A DNA stretch of 64,000 bases from Octopus vulgaris (GCA_951406725.2 OX597831.1:58342001-58406000), one strand, 5' to 3'. Counted from the first letter of the stretch, positions 1 to 14,188 are shown. The notes: generated by a model not told the origin, from the sequence alone. Numbers and translations: made by a program.

Positions 1-147
1 ACACTATGTACATATGCATTTGCGTAGACATGAGAATGGGTATACCCGTTTCTGTGCATGTGGGGATATATGTACATATGTTTATGTACTTGAATCTGGG
101 TGTGTTTGTATATATGTATTTATGTGTACTCGTGCACGCGTGAGGAC

Positions 148-192
<45 letters not shown>

Positions 193-227
193 GTGAGCTT
201 TCGCACACACACACATATACACACACA

Positions 228-400
228 TCGTATATACAGCGGGCTTCTTTCGGTTTCCGTCTAACAAATCTACTCTGAAGTTTTGGTCTGCCCGGGGTTA
301 TCGTAGAAGACTCCTGCTCCAGGTGCCACTCACTGGTACTGAACCTATGACCACATGGTCAAGAAGCAAGCTTCTTAACCATACGGCTACGGCCCGCGCC
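228..400 (-). mobile_element. 5' half of the abundant microsatellite-containing SINE family
   Basis: Homologous to the head of 14746-15164 (GGGCTTCTTTC.GTTTCCGTCTA..AAATC, ACCAC(A)TGG). Confidence 0.75.
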
Positions 401-996
401 TATAATGTCGATCGTTTTTCTTTTTACAATAATGAAAACACAGTTTGTCGGACAAGCGTAGTATTGAACAAGCCGCCCGATAGGTGTTCAGTTTATATCA
501 TGTTGAAGCTATTCTCTTGTATCAGCGGTAAGAGGAAATAATTAATTTTAAACAGTCGAGTCCATATCGACAATGATTAATCAACATAACGATCACCATA
601 GCTATCACCACCGTCACTCATTTCCTCTATTAACACTATCACAACCATCATTAACGTTACCACACCATAGTCCCAACTGCTACCACCATTACCGCCATCA
701 CCACCACCATCATCACCAGCACCACCAGTATCACCAGCATCACCAGTATCACCACTACTATCACTAACAGCAATAGCAACAATAGCAAAATTGTAAATCA
801 AGACCCATAACACCAATTCCATTAATCTTATCAACAGCTAAATCAAGAAAGTAGTCTCCATCGGTCTTTTATCACCTGTTAGAAATTTCGGCCAAATCTT
901 CCTTAATTTACACATTCTGCCTCATCCAGGAAGGAAGGTTACATTAAATACTGTACACTATATCTGAAAACATAACGATGGCAGATTCCTTTAGAT

Positions 997-1190
997 CAGT
1001 GTTTCCCAACCTTTTTTCCCGGCGCCCCACTTTTTCATAGCAAAAGTTTTTACGCCCCACCTAAGGTTGTGCCCGCGATGACCGCTCGTCATGTACAAAT
1101 ATTTTCACAGCCCACGTCTATGCCCCGCGCCCCACCTGAATTTTCTCAGGCCCCACCAGTGGGGCGTACGCCCCACCTTGGGAATCACTG
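997..1190. mobile_element. hAT (Charlie-like) MITE
   Basis: TIR CAGTG(T/A)TTCCCAA; 8-bp TSD CTTTAGAT at 989-996 and 1191-1198. Confidence 0.92.
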
Positions 1191-1393
1191 CTTTAGATGA
1201 TATGCCTGCTCGATGAAGGGTAGTTCTAGGGCTAAACAATAAGGAAGTCAACGGTAATGAAACAAGCATTATCACCAACGCCACTACCATCACCAGCATC
1301 AACATCATCAACATCACCATCATCACCACCAACGACAGCAACAGCAATAGCAACAACTACGACATCACAAACAACAGGAGCTAAAGGAGGATT

Positions 1394-1702
1394 AGTAGTA
1401 GTATGTTCCTTCTCGAGCCATGCCTGGCTCATAAAGGCCAGTTTCCTGGTTTCTTTGGCGTATAGGTTCCCCACCTGGACGGGACGCCGGTCCGTCGCAG
1501 GTGAGCTGCAAGATGCAGGAGGAAAGAGTGAGAGAAAGTTGTGGTGAAAGAGTCAGCAGAAGTTCGCCATTATCTTCTGCCAGAGCCGTGTGGAGCTTAG
1601 GTGTTTCGCTCATAAATACACACATTGCCCGGACTGAGATTCGAACCCGCGATCCCTCGACCGCAAGTCCACTGCTCTAACCACTAGGCCATTTGCCTCC
1701 AC
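1394..1702 (-). mobile_element. Full-length tRNA-derived SINE
   Basis: Reverse-complement A box TGGCCTAGTGG and B box GTTCGAATC; (ACT)n tail; 11-bp TSD AAAGGAGGATT at 1383-1393 and 1703-1713. Confidence 0.9.
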
Positions 1703-2349
1703 AAAGGAGGATTGACGTGTTAGAAATAATAGTTAAATATCTTTCATAGCGGACCATTTTTTAAAAAAGGAAATAGCACGTATAATTTACTGCAGTCAAA
1801 AATGAGTCAGGGTGGTAATTTCTGGTACACATTTGAGTATAAATCTTCATCGTCAGAGCTAATCTGGGCCAAAAAATACAGGACCTCGCCCCAAGTAATG
1901 GTATACCTATAACATCATCAGTATTCCTACACCTGAATGAAACCTCATTCAAGCACAACTTTGAGTAAAAGAAAACAAAACTAACACTATAATTTAAGAA
2001 AATGTAACATAGAAAGATGTTATAACATAAAACACATTACGAAGACATGCATAAAAATAGCTCCAAGAACGATGTCTAAATCGCAAGTTAACTTTCAGAG
2101 AAGGAAAAAAATGATGGAATGCAACGGTCCTGTTTAACAAATGAAGGAAAAGTGTTGACAATTTCAGTAATAAAAGATCAAGAAAATAACCCTAGTTTGT
2201 TTATCAAGAAAAAGTAATACACACCATTAAAAAATATCGATTCCAAAACAGAAATGCAAATTATTAGGACAGAGATATTGTGCAAATGCTACAACGAAAA
2301 CAAGTTTTACTTATTTAAGTACAAAAGACAAATGACACTCTATCAATCT

Positions 2350-2767
2350 TATTTCTTTACTGCCCACAAGGGGCTACATACAGGGGGGACAAACAAGGAC
2401 AGACAAACGGATTAAGTCGATTATATCGACCCCAGTGCGTAACTGGTACTTATTTGATCGACCCCGAAAGGATGGAAGGCAAAGTTGACCTCGGTGGAAT
2501 TTGAACTCAGAACGTAGCGGCAGACGAAATACCTATTTCTTTATTACTCACAAGGGGCTAAACATAGAGGGGACAAACAAGGACAGACAAACGGATTAAG
2601 TCGATTACATCGACCCCAGTGCGTAACTGGTACTTAATTTATCGATCCCGAAAGGATGAAAGGCAAAGTCGATCTCGGCGGAATTTGAACTCAGAACGTA
2701 ACGGAAGACGAAATATGGCTACGCATTTCGCCCGGTGTGCTAACGTTTCTGCCAGCTCGCCGCCTTT
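2350..2767 (-). mobile_element. tRNA-derived SINE with a tandemly duplicated ~185-bp 3' body
   Basis: Reverse-complement head GGCGGCGAGCTGGCAGAA..GAGTTCAAATTCC; 13-bp TSD ACTCTATCAATCT at 2337-2349 and 2768-2780; same family as 16074. Confidence 0.88.
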
Positions 2768-3520
2768 ACTCTATCAATCTATCGGATGCAAGTAAAAGAC
2801 ATACAAATGCTCCAGTTTCGATACTACGGGGGTAAATCAGCGTTTGAAAATTACTGCTCCCGTATGAGACTTCGTCGTAACGTAATGTGTGTGTGTGTCA
2901 GTTGTTAACGTTGGAAATCGAAGATGAATCTATAAACATGAACATGTATATATTAGGCTGTTCTATAGTTGGTTTAAAATTTTGATAAATTTCAATTATG
3001 GAACCACAATTTACTACACACACACACACACACACACACGCGCGCACACACTAGTTCGATATTCATCCCTTTAATGACGGCAAAATGGTAAAATTTAAAA
3101 TTTAAATTGTTTGTCCATTTATATGCTGCATTTAATATAAGATGTATATTCAGTTTCAATGCGAAGTTTCGGTGATAAAATTAGGAAGTTATTCATTTTC
3201 AGGAAAAATGTGTTGTAATAGCCATTTATAATTGGGTAAATTTATGGAAATTTATGTTATCTTCTCCAGCAAAGGCATAATAAATACTTTTTGAATACTG
3301 TTAAACTGAAAACTTCGTATTTTAAAAATTTTACTTCATATTCTATCGACTCACTATATACATTGTACCATATTTACATTTACTTAGATGTCTTTTCTAA
3401 AAGATATCCTAGTCAAGGTTTGGTTTTTACCATTATGATATGTCATTTTTGGTTGAATCGAGGGAGACTTGGCTGTTGTTTCTAGCAGGACGTGTAACTC
3501 TCCATAAGATCTCACATTTA

Positions 3521-4034
3521 CCGTAAATCCTCGAGTATAATCCGCATTTTTCCCCAAAATTTAAAGGTTAAAATCCCTAGTGCGTACTATATACGAGGTT
3601 AAAAATGAAAAATATCTTCTTAGCAATGTCCGAGTCTCTATTTGCTGTCCGGCAATGTTTATTCAGATGCCTTTTGTGATGTCGGGCGCGAAAATACATT
3701 AAGCTAAGCCTGAAAGCAATGAAGTCATAAAAGAATCATCCATAACTTGCAGTAAGCAACATTTATTAAAATAAAAGTATTCAGAACACAGAATAACATG
3801 TAACAAAAACAATTTGCAAACATATTTACATTCCCATATAACAGTTAAGAACATCAGCATTAGTGTATTACGCATGCGCGTAATTAAGCCAGGTGCTGCT
3901 GGCTTAATTACGCCCGACTCAAGTTAGAGAAGGGGTGCGTATTATACACAAGGTTTAGGTTTTTCAGAGGTACAGCCACCTAAAAATCCCCTGCGTATTA
4001 TACTCAAGGGCGGACTATACTCGAGGATTTACGG
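3521..4034. mobile_element. Tc1/mariner (pogo/Tc2-like) non-autonomous DNA transposon
   Basis: 25-bp TIR CCGTAAATCCTCGAGTATA(A/G)TCCGC; TA TSD; subterminal TGCGTA(T/C)TATA repeats; internal palindrome at 3878-3913. Confidence 0.9.
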
Positions 4035-4369
4035 TATACGCGTACATATTAGTAATATGGCGTCATTTCAATCATTATTTTTCAACACAAAATTAAAGGG
4101 AGGTAACATATTTGATATTTTTCCTTGCTCTATACTCGGTTTGAAAATTTCGATACATTTTGATTATGACGTCATAATTGACCAATTTCATTTATAAACA
4201 CACGAACAAATTTTGTTTTCTTGTTTTAGCAGACATCAACATTGGATGATTAGACATCTTTGTCTCTAATCAGTAAAGCACTGAATTAATTCAACGACAG
4301 TATGTTAGATAAGTATCTTTTAATTTAACACCTAAACATTGAAATATATTTTCTATTTTTCTTTTCCTT

Positions 4370-4667
4370 ATATTTGTTTCAGTCATTTGACTGCGGCCAT
4401 GCTGAAGCACTGCCTTAAAAGGATTTTTAGTCGAAGAAATCAAACCCAAGGATTTATTCTTTGTAAGCTTAGTCCTTATTCTTTCGATCTCTTAGGCCCG
4501 AACCGCTAAGTTATGGGGATGTAGACACAACTTCGGTTGTCAAGCGATGGTAGGGGGACAAACTCAGAAACAATGACACACATACACATAAATACACACA
4601 CACACATACACATATATATATATATACAACGAGCTTCTTTCAGTTTCTGCCTACCAAATCCACTCAC
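4370..4667 (-). mobile_element. Microsatellite-containing SINE, 3' part
   Basis: TTTCAGTCATTTGACTGCGGCCATGCTG is the reverse complement of the family 3' end. Confidence 0.8.
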
Positions 4668-4716
4668 ACACACGTACGCACACACACACACACACACACA
4701 TATGTGTATCTATGTG

Positions 4717-4930
4717 TATTTTTGGTTGTGTTTGTCCCCACCACTGCTTGACAACCGGTGTTGCTTTGTTTACATTTCCTTAACTTAGCTGTTCGGCTTG
4801 AGAATCTCATACAGTATGTATCAGGCATAAAAAGCACTTGGGTCAACTCGATCGACTCGAATACCCTTCAAAAGCCCTAGTAAAGCTACAGTCCAATGAC
4901 TGAAACTAGTAAAAGTTAAAAAATAAAGGA
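4717..4930 (+). mobile_element. Microsatellite-containing SINE, degenerate 3' half
   Basis: TGTTTGTCCCC..GCTTGACAACCG..TAACTTAGC..CAATGACTGAAAC. Confidence 0.7.
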
Positions 4931-5293
4931 TAGCGAACCAGTCAGAGTTTGATCACAAATGCTACTCATGTGTCTGGCCTTCATATAGATTAAACAGGTG
5001 AAATATTTTTGTTCCAAAGGATATGGCTAGCTATGGTTATTTTTGCTCTTTCCGTAGGTTCGTTCCTTCGCGAAATTAGGAAATTCCGTACGGCCGAAAA
5101 TGCACCTTTCCTACTTTTCTATGTTTCCCCTTGAATTGTAAGTATTCTTGAATTATAATATTCTTTCTTACATTAGATGCGTGAAGTAAATGAAAAATTT
5201 AAGGTAATAAAATCGCTATTTTCTAAAAAATCGTTGCTCCATATAAATTCTCACATTTAATAATTAAATACGTATTCGACCAAGCGACATCGA

Positions 5294-5374
<81 letters not shown>

Positions 5375-5498
5375 TAAAAGGAATTCCAACCTTGTCTGAT
5401 TTTCACGTTTTATTTACAATCTTATAATGATATAAGATAATATAATAAAATAAAATAAAATAAAATAAAATAATAGAATGTTAAATGTTCATTCTGAT

Positions 5499-5543
5499 TG
5501 AACTAGTACTTTCATGCATTAAATTCTGCAATCTTCAGGTTCA
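5499..5543 (-). ncRNA. Minimal hammerhead ribozyme in a short element (about 5372-5585) between TA tracts
   Basis: Reverse complement reads TGAAC CTGAAGA T TGCA gaatttaa TGCA T GAAA GTAC TA GTTCA: intact core, stem I TGAAC/GTTCA, palindromic stem III. Confidence 0.8.
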
Positions 5544-5634
5544 TGCAGTAGTGGGTACAGTCATGCTTCACAATTTTTGACTGTGTATATATATATATGT
5601 ATATAATATATATATATGTGGGTGTGTGTATCTT

Positions 5635-5812
5635 CATGCTTATGTTTGTCCCCCACCACCGCTTGGCAACCATTGTCCTCGTTTCGTAGCGGTTCGGCCT
5701 AAAGAACCGATAGACTAAATAGCAGGCCTAAAGAAAAGAGACTGGGGCTGATTTGTTCGGTGACCCAGCATGGCCGCAATCAAATAACTGAAACAAGTGA
5801 ATGAATAAAAGA
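5635..5812 (+). mobile_element. Microsatellite-containing SINE, 3' half
   Basis: GTTTGTCCCCCACCACCGCTTG..GCGGTTCGGC..CCAGCATGGCCGCA..ACTGAAACAAGT. Confidence 0.7.
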
Positions 5813-6068
5813 ATATATATACATATTCACACATCGTGGTCTCAACTGCTGGACCCAGTAGTAAAGTGAGATTTTGAGCAAAGCAGTTCATCACAAGTTG
5901 CTCTGCGATCACTTCCTGCACATGTTCAGGCGACATTAATTTGATTAAGGGAGTGAGCTAAATGTAAAGCACAAATATTTGATCCCTATAAATAAAAGTT
6001 GTGACGCAAGAAGCTGTGGAACCGTCTTTCTCGGATGGACAACGAGAGACTATCATCATACATATATA

Positions 6069-6266
6069 GTGAGAATTTACAAAAAAAACAAAACAAAACA
6101 AACAAAAGACGAAGACAGGTGTGTAAACAACAAACAGATGTATTAGTTTAACGCTCGGTAAGTGAGAAAGTCTTTTATGTTTCGAGCCTATGCTCCTCGG
6201 CAGAAAGGAACAAAGAAATAAACAGGGAGAGAAAAAGGTATAGTGGCTAGCGATATGTCATGGCGA
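6069..6266 (-). mobile_element. Non-autonomous hammerhead-bearing element, family A
   Basis: Homologous to 33885-34070, 62914-63077 and 63713-63898. Reverse-complement core CTGCCGA GGAGC atag GCTC GAAACAT. Confidence 0.75.
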
Positions 6267-6282
6267 GTGTATATATATATAT

Positions 6283-6429
6283 CTTTCCTTTTCCTATGTT
6301 TCTGACGAAGAGCTCCGCTCGAAACGTTAAACCCTCCTTCTTTCCTTCTTTCCTGAGCGTTCAATAATACTATACTTGTTCAACGTCCTCGCGTTGTTGT
6401 GTTTTCTCTTTGTGTTTTCATGTTTGGAT

Positions 6430-6433
<4 letters not shown>
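6283..6433 (+). mobile_element. Non-autonomous hammerhead-bearing element, family B (intact hammerhead 6298-6332)
   Basis: GTTT CTGACGA A GAGC tcc GCTC GAAACGTT AAAC, flanked by (TA)n. Homologous to 24951, 50835 and 51123. Confidence 0.8.
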
Positions 6434-6494
<61 letters not shown>

Positions 6495-6539
6495 TTATGC
6501 AAGTGCATATACATATATGCAGACTTTTTCTTTTTCTTT

Positions 6540-7090
6540 TATATGCTTCACCCCAAAGGCTGTGGTTATGCTGGAGCACTAGTGTAATTAAATACTCGGT
6601 GGCCAGTCTTACACGGTTGGCTTTTGGTGAGGGAGGGAATTCGACACAGCTGCCTTCTTTTGAGTTTCTTTTCATGATATATGCTCACCTGGGGACCTTG
6701 GACAGCAAGAGATCAAGTTGTTTCTTAGAAGCATTTACTCCGACTCCATAAAGACCCCTGAGATATTTTGGCAAAACTTTAAGTAGTTGTGGACCCTTGA
6801 ATCCTAAGCTATTGCAGTACATGGCCCTTACTCTAGACAAGGTAGCCGGGACATTTGAAACAGAGCAGTGACTTCCAGTTCGAGGGTTAGAATAGCTCTT
6901 GATGCCAAAGTATGGGGCCCAACATTCCAAGATCTTCCATACGTATATTACTGCATACCTCTCCCGTCTTCGTCCAGGGAGTAGTGTCACAGCTCTTTCA
7001 GTCTCTCCCAGTAGATCTGCTGTTCCTTCGATGCAATCTTCCTGGTATAGCACAGCTAAGCTGCCTCAAGTTCCGCTATTAATTTGACGC
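6540..7090 (-). mobile_element. CR1-like LINE 3' fragment (ORF2 C-terminus and 3' UTR)
   Basis: RRRERYAVIYVWKILE..N.RTG.HC..YCNSLGFKGPQL..LPKYLR..KKQLDLLLSKVP; 3' motif GTGCTCCAGCATAACCACAGCC. Confidence 0.85.
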
Positions 7091-7254
7091 TCACACACAA
7101 ACACAGACACACACGCACGCACGCACACACACACAGACACACACACACACAAACACGCACTCACACAAGCGCGCGTAAACTGACACGCATGTGCACAAAC
7201 AGACACACATATACACACATACATATACACATATACATACATATTCTTTTATGC

Positions 7255-7490
7255 AATTAATCTTTGATTTGTGTACGCCAGATGCTCTTTTCATGTTGGA
7301 GTACCGATATTAGACTGATTCCTTTATCATTCCAAACTGACATTCCAGTACTGTCTCCGGAATTGGTTCTGGCGAAGTAGATTTCTTGCTACCATTTTCT
7401 GGCATTTCAGATAAAGACCTACGTTTCATAGATTTTCGAGATTTTTGGCAAGGTATTGAAAACCTGGGGGCCCTTGGGTCATAAGTTGTT
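7255..7490 (-). mobile_element. Highly degenerate LINE RT N-terminal fragment
   Basis: Reverse complement encodes remnants resembling K..GP.G and N.KGISLIS (NYRGISL motif), with frameshifts. Confidence 0.35.
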
Positions 7491-8604
7491 GGAGAAATTG
7501 GGTCCTTACTTTAGCAGTATATTTTTCGCATATTCGGTCTAGTTCTTTTAGCCTCCACCCCACGTGGTAGCACATCTGTACCAGACTGCTAACTAAGGGG
7601 ACGTAAATAAACCAACTCCGGTTGTCAAGCTTTGGTGGTGGACAAACACAAACATAAAGACTCACATACAAACAGATATATACACACATATACATACATA
7701 CATATATACATACATACATATATACATATATATCTACATATATATATACGCACATATATTTCTATGTATATGTATACGTTTGTATGTGTATACATATATG
7801 TGTGTGTGTGCGCGTATGTGTATATATATATGTATATACCTACTTATACATAAAATATATGTATATGGACATGTATGTATATCCATACATACATGTATGC
7901 ATATATGCATACGACTGGTTTCTTCTAGGTTCCGTTTACCAAATCCATTCACAAGGCTTTATAAATTTCTTTCTAAAAGGCAAGCTCTTAATTAAGGTAC
8001 AGATTTTCTTAGAGATATGTATTGGAAACATGATAGTACTGCAGCAAATTCCTTGTTTATCATTTTAATTTAAATTTTCGTATCTATTACTGGCAGTTTG
8101 GATCGTAATTGTTCCTAAATCTATCATCGTTTCTGGACCTGCATAGTATTATGTTCACCATAATAGTATACAAAGAACTATTAGACAAATTTTCATGAGA
8201 GATTTATTTTAGCGTGATTGCCGCTTCACAAATATATTACTCATACGTACATACATAATACATACATGCATACATTCTTACATACATAACATAACATACG
8301 CATATACTTACATACGTACGTGTGTATAAATGGATCTATACCTAGATTCATCGAGCGAGAAACTTGAGATCTGAGCTCTAGATAGTATAAAATTACATAG
8401 ATGTATTACGGGTCGGTCATTTCAAAGTTAATTGTATTGAGCATGATCACACTACGCAGTTTGGTGCATCTTTTTGTTATAATGCAACGCAACCATTTAG
8501 TTTGCCGTTTGGTGATCAACCCACGCTTCGACTGCCAAATTCAATATCTAATATCTGACAAGAAGAAAGTGTTAGTTGCACAACACACAAAGTATATTCA
8601 TACA

Positions 8605-8638
<34 letters not shown>

Positions 8639-8746
8639 CCTACATACACACACATAAACATATAAAAATGCGTATGCAACTATAAATATGTATATATGTA
8701 TTTCATTTATATAAATGTGTGTATATATATATATATATATACACAT

Positions 8747-8787
<41 letters not shown>

Positions 8788-8789
8788 CA

Positions 8790-8861
8790 TATATATAATT
8801 ACACCCCCATATACATATACATACACACGTATATAAATATGATATATATACATGCATACAT

Positions 8862-8899
<38 letters not shown>

Positions 8900-9340
8900 G
8901 ATTACACCCCCATATACATACACATGCACATATATAAATATGATATATATATATGCATATACACACACGCACACAGACACACACACACACACATTTATAT
9001 ATAAACATATATATAATTACACCCCCCTATATATATACATACACACACATATAAATATGCTATATATACATGCATATACACACACATACACACACATATA
9101 TATATACATATATATAATTACACCCCCATATATATATCTATACATACACACACAAATATAAATATGATATATATACATGCATATACACACAAGCACACAG
9201 AGACACACACACACATATATATATACATGCATACACACACACACATATATATATATACATATATATAACTACACCCCAATATATATATACATACACACAT
9301 ATAAATATGATATATATATATATATACATGCATACAGACA
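8790..9340. repeat. Compound minisatellite built from TA/CA tracts (5 units, 100-150 bp)
   Basis: Anchor ATTACACCCC recurs at about 8798, 8901, 9016, 9117 and 9268 (last copy ACTACACCCC), each followed by ATAAATATG.TATATA. Confidence 0.8.
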
Positions 9341-10306
9341 CACACACGTACACACATGCACACACACATGCACACACACACATCTATATATGTTACAAAA
9401 TACTTCAGCAAACTCGATGTCGACATCTGTTTATCGCTTGTTGGACACTAATTCAATTGCTTAATAGACAATGTGCTTTGGTATTCTATACATAGTGAGT
9501 GTGTGATTGCGCTCTGGTTACCACGGTTTATGTGTCTGTCTGTGTTCGCGTTCGCGATCATGTATGTGTCTTCGTGTGATTGGATGAGCGTGGGCATATA
9601 TTAGCGAACGTGTGTGTGTTACGTTGCGTTGCTTGTGTGCGCGTTTGTGTACGTATTTCTGTGTATATTTGTAGTTAGGGTTATTGTTTTATTTCATCAT
9701 ACTAGAAAATATGATTTATTGTGTTGGAGAGTAAATCGATTAGCCACGAATGAGAAACCAACTGTTTACTATCATAAACTCTACTAACATGACCAGTCAG
9801 CAGTTATTTCAAGTATAACACGAACAATGGCCGCAATGTGGTTTTTTCTTCTTTTCGGTTCTCCTGCTCTATCAAAATCTCTCTCTGTATATATACATAC
9901 ATGAATGCATGCTATATATATATATCTGCGTGTTTACATACATCGATACATATATACAAACATACGTTGAAACATACATACATGCATACATAAATGTATA
10001 TACACATGTGAATATATATATATATGTATACATATGTATATATGTATGTGTATATATGTATATGTACATGTATGTATATGTATATGTATATATTTATGTA
10101 TTCACATATATGTATATATATATATAATCTGTACACACAAGCATAATATATACAGACACACGTATACATAAATCCATACACACATAACTATCTGTATATA
10201 TGTTATATATGTACACACACATACATATATACATATATATGTATATATGTATATACATATAAATATATACATATATATATATATACATATACATAGATAT
10301 ATATAC

Positions 10307-10340
<34 letters not shown>

Positions 10341-10654
10341 ATATACATGTATATATACATATACAAATAAGCATATATATATACATAAATATATATGTAT
10401 ATGTATTCGTATATATGTCTCTATATGTATAAGTTAGTGTACATTTATGGAGTAAAATCTATCTATCTTGATATGAAATAAAGCAATAACCCCTAACTAC
10501 AAATATATGCAGAAATACATGCGCAAGCGCACATACAAGTAACGTGCACACACTCACAAATATATGGCCATGTACATGCATTCACACAAAATTTCATACA
10601 GGAACACAAACACTGACACATAAACACTAGTAACCAGAGTGCAATATGTATGTA

Positions 10655-11018
<364 letters not shown>

Positions 11019-11536
11019 GTTTATATTTATGGAATGCACATACAAAAATATATTTCATTGATTGAAAATGTGCATGGGATCCTTATGATATTACAATTAC
11101 TGGTTTTTTAAATGTTTATTTGTGAGAGTAGGAGTGGATACTTGTAGGCAATTTCCATCACTCCGTTATCTTGTAAAGCTTTTGAGCATCGAGTTACTAT
11201 ATAGAATATTTCCATATTCGAGGACAGATTGCTTCTCCTCTGCGAATATTTACGACGTGGCTGTTGAATACTGTGTGTTTGGATGACATGAACCTGCATT
11301 AATATTAGAACATTTTTACTTGTTTTACTATTGCAACTCCAAAGAAATCAATAGTAGTTAGGCTAATGGCTTGAGTTATTTTAAGGTTGGTGGCTGTTAA
11401 ATCTCTGCCTGATGGCTTTTCCTAATTTTAGTTGTGTAAAATGTGACTATCCTTGGTTTTGGTCAGAGTTACACTATCCCTTCTGTACAGACCAGTGTCA
11501 GGCGTTGTCTGTTTCTTATCACGTACATCAAAAGTG

Positions 11537-11676
11537 CCGCGTGGCTGTGTGGTAAGAAGCTTGCTTCCCAACCACATGGTTCAGGGTTCAGTCCCACTGC
11601 GTCGCACTTTGTGCAAGTGTCTCCTTCTATAGCGTTGGCCCGAACAAAGTCTTGTGACTGGATTTGGTAGACGGAA

Positions 11677-11710
<34 letters not shown>

Positions 11711-11915
11711 ATTTGTTCCTCATCATTGCTTGACAACCGATGGTGGTGTGTTTATGTTCCCGTAACTCAGCAGTTCGGCAAAAGAGACGACAGAATAAGC
11801 ACCAGGCTTATAAAGAATAAGTCCTGAGGGCGATTTCTTGAACTAAAACTCCTTAAGGCAGTGCTCCAGAATGGCCGCAGCCAAATGAATGAAACAACTA
11901 AAAGAGTAAAAGAAA
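11537..11915 (+). mobile_element. Microsatellite-containing tRNA-derived SINE
   Basis: GTGGCTGTGTGGTAAG head, GGTTCAGTCCC B-box-like motif, internal (TA)(TG), 3' ATGGCCGCAG..GAAAC. Confidence 0.85.
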
Positions 11916-12159
11916 AAAGTCCACCCTGTCATATGAATCCATGCTTATTCGAAGGAACCTGTTGAGTCAGGTCTATTAATGCAGGCAGTGTTCTTGTCAA
12001 ACAAATGTGTTTTTCTCGCATGCATTTTATTTATGTGTCTATGTCTAAGTATGAATTTTTGTGTGAGTGTACATGGGAATATATATTTGTGATTGTATGT
12101 ATGTGTGTGCGCGCTTTTGTGTGCCCATTTCTGTGTATATTTTTTAGTTAGGGTTATTG

Positions 12160-12345
12160 TTTTATCGGGGAGATTTGGGGCGCCAATGAAAGTTAACTGG
12201 ACAGCTTTTTACCGGAAAACTTTCAACCCAAGAGCTATAGACAACTCCCCAAAATCCCTGCCTTATGCAACCGAGGGTTACTGTTGCATTGTAGCATTTC
12301 GCAAAATCTATAGCGCAGAATTTAGGGCTTTGGTAATAGACTGGT
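12160..12345 (+). mobile_element. Degenerate L1/Tx1-like ORF2 fragment
   Basis: FYRKTFNPRAIDNSPKSL; homologous to 15869-15985 (+) and about 15365-15460 (-). Confidence 0.5.
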
Positions 12346-13339
12346 AAGAGTTGACAATTTTGAATTTAGTAAACCTCTAGATGGGTTCGTCTTTGATATT
12401 CATGAATTATCTAATGACGTCAATACACTAACATTATTTTATAACCTTCCTAATTTTATTGTTAATGTTCTTTAGAATTTTCATAGTTGCTAGATCTATC
12501 TCGAACTTAGCAGGGTCGATTAATCTGCATTTGGGGTTGATGCAAGGTTTTTATGGCACTTAATGGTTATAAATGCTTGGCATGTAGCTAAAATCGCCAA
12601 TCTATTTCACTTTATCAATCTATTTATCTATATATATTACTGGATGATTTTCTCACAACTAAAGTTTTCATGCGTTTACGTCAGTCAACTTTACTCATCG
12701 CTGAGCCTGAAAAATTACTTGAGACTCACCGTTGCTTCTGCTGCCGGATAATGATGATGACGATGATTAAGATGTACTGGATAATGGGTTTCTTATTTAG
12801 AGAAAGATGTATCAAACTGATTGAGGATTTAACGGGGACTGGAAAGAAGTTGAAGCAAAAGAGAAAAATAAAAAACGAAAACGAAGCAGTAATATTAGAT
12901 GAAGAAGAAGAAAAAAAGGAAGAAGAAGAAAAGATGAAGAAAAGATGAAGATGAACAAGAAAAGAAGGGGAAGCAAAAAGATGACGATAGCGATAAGGAT
13001 AATAATGAGGAATAAGAGGAAGCAGAAAAACTAAGTTTAGCAGCTGAAAAGGTAAAAACAAAATGTAAGTGAATTTGAAAAGGAAACAAAAGGAAAATAA
13101 TAGCAAACAAGAATAAGGACAACAAGATCAAGAACAACAACAGCAACAACAACAACAATGATGATAAGGATGATATTGATGACAACGATAATAAATGATA
13201 AAAGAAGAAAAAAAAATCGACAATAAAAGGCTTAACTACGTAGGAAACATTAATTTCTCTAAAAAAATTATACACACACGGACTCAAATACACACACACA
13301 TATACACATACATGCTGATAATGCACACACACAAACACA

Positions 13340-13342
<3 letters not shown>

Positions 13343-13382
<40 letters not shown>

Positions 13383-13700
13383 ATATATATATGTATATAT
13401 GTATGTATATATGTATGTATATATATGTATATATGTATGTATATATATATATGTATATATGTATATATATATATATGTATATATGTATGTTATATATATG
13501 TATATATGTATGTATATATATGTATATATGTATGTATATATATATATGTATATGTATATATGTATATATATATATGTATGTATATATATATATGTATATA
13601 TGTATGTATATATGTATATATATATATATATATGTATATATATGTATATATATGTATATATATATATGTATATATATGTATATATATGTATATATATATG

Positions 13701-13769
<69 letters not shown>

Positions 13770-13845
13770 GTATAGTATATATATATATATGTATATATAC
13801 ATATGTATAGTATATATATATATATGTGTGTATATATATATGCAT
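13343..13845. repeat. (TA)n/(TATG) compound microsatellite
   Basis: Read directly. Confidence 0.95.
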
Positions 13846-14136
13846 ACATTCATACTATACACGCGCATATAAATAGAATAAAAATTAACTCGAGGTTGGT
13901 CTTTTGTAATTTTTCAAACGTATCTGCAAGGACAAGAACGGCTAGAAAACAACGAAAAGATAATACACGAACAAACATTAACAATAGCGACAAGGGTAAA
14001 AAATGCATTAAGCAATGAAAAAAACAACAACACATATACGAAGAAGCACAATAAACGAAAGAAAGAAAAAACGTTTACGAGTAAAAAAAAAAAGAAACAA
14101 CTACAAGAACATCAGATAACGATTTCAACGACATAA

Positions 14137-14188
<52 letters not shown>

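Noticed and set aside
1620-1702. Functional tRNA gene (also 34600-34675 and 59839-59910)
   Set aside because: No acceptor stem; each continues into a SINE body, with TSDs in two of the three cases.
11108-11299. Possible minus-strand exon or ORF
   Set aside because: An acceptor-like site only; no recognisable protein or supported partner exon.
12895-13872. Long ORFs of 200-316 aa (YIYI/VCVC/LSIY type), here and throughout the window
   Set aside because: These are translations of (TA)n, (TG)n and (TCTA)n microsatellites that lack stop codons.
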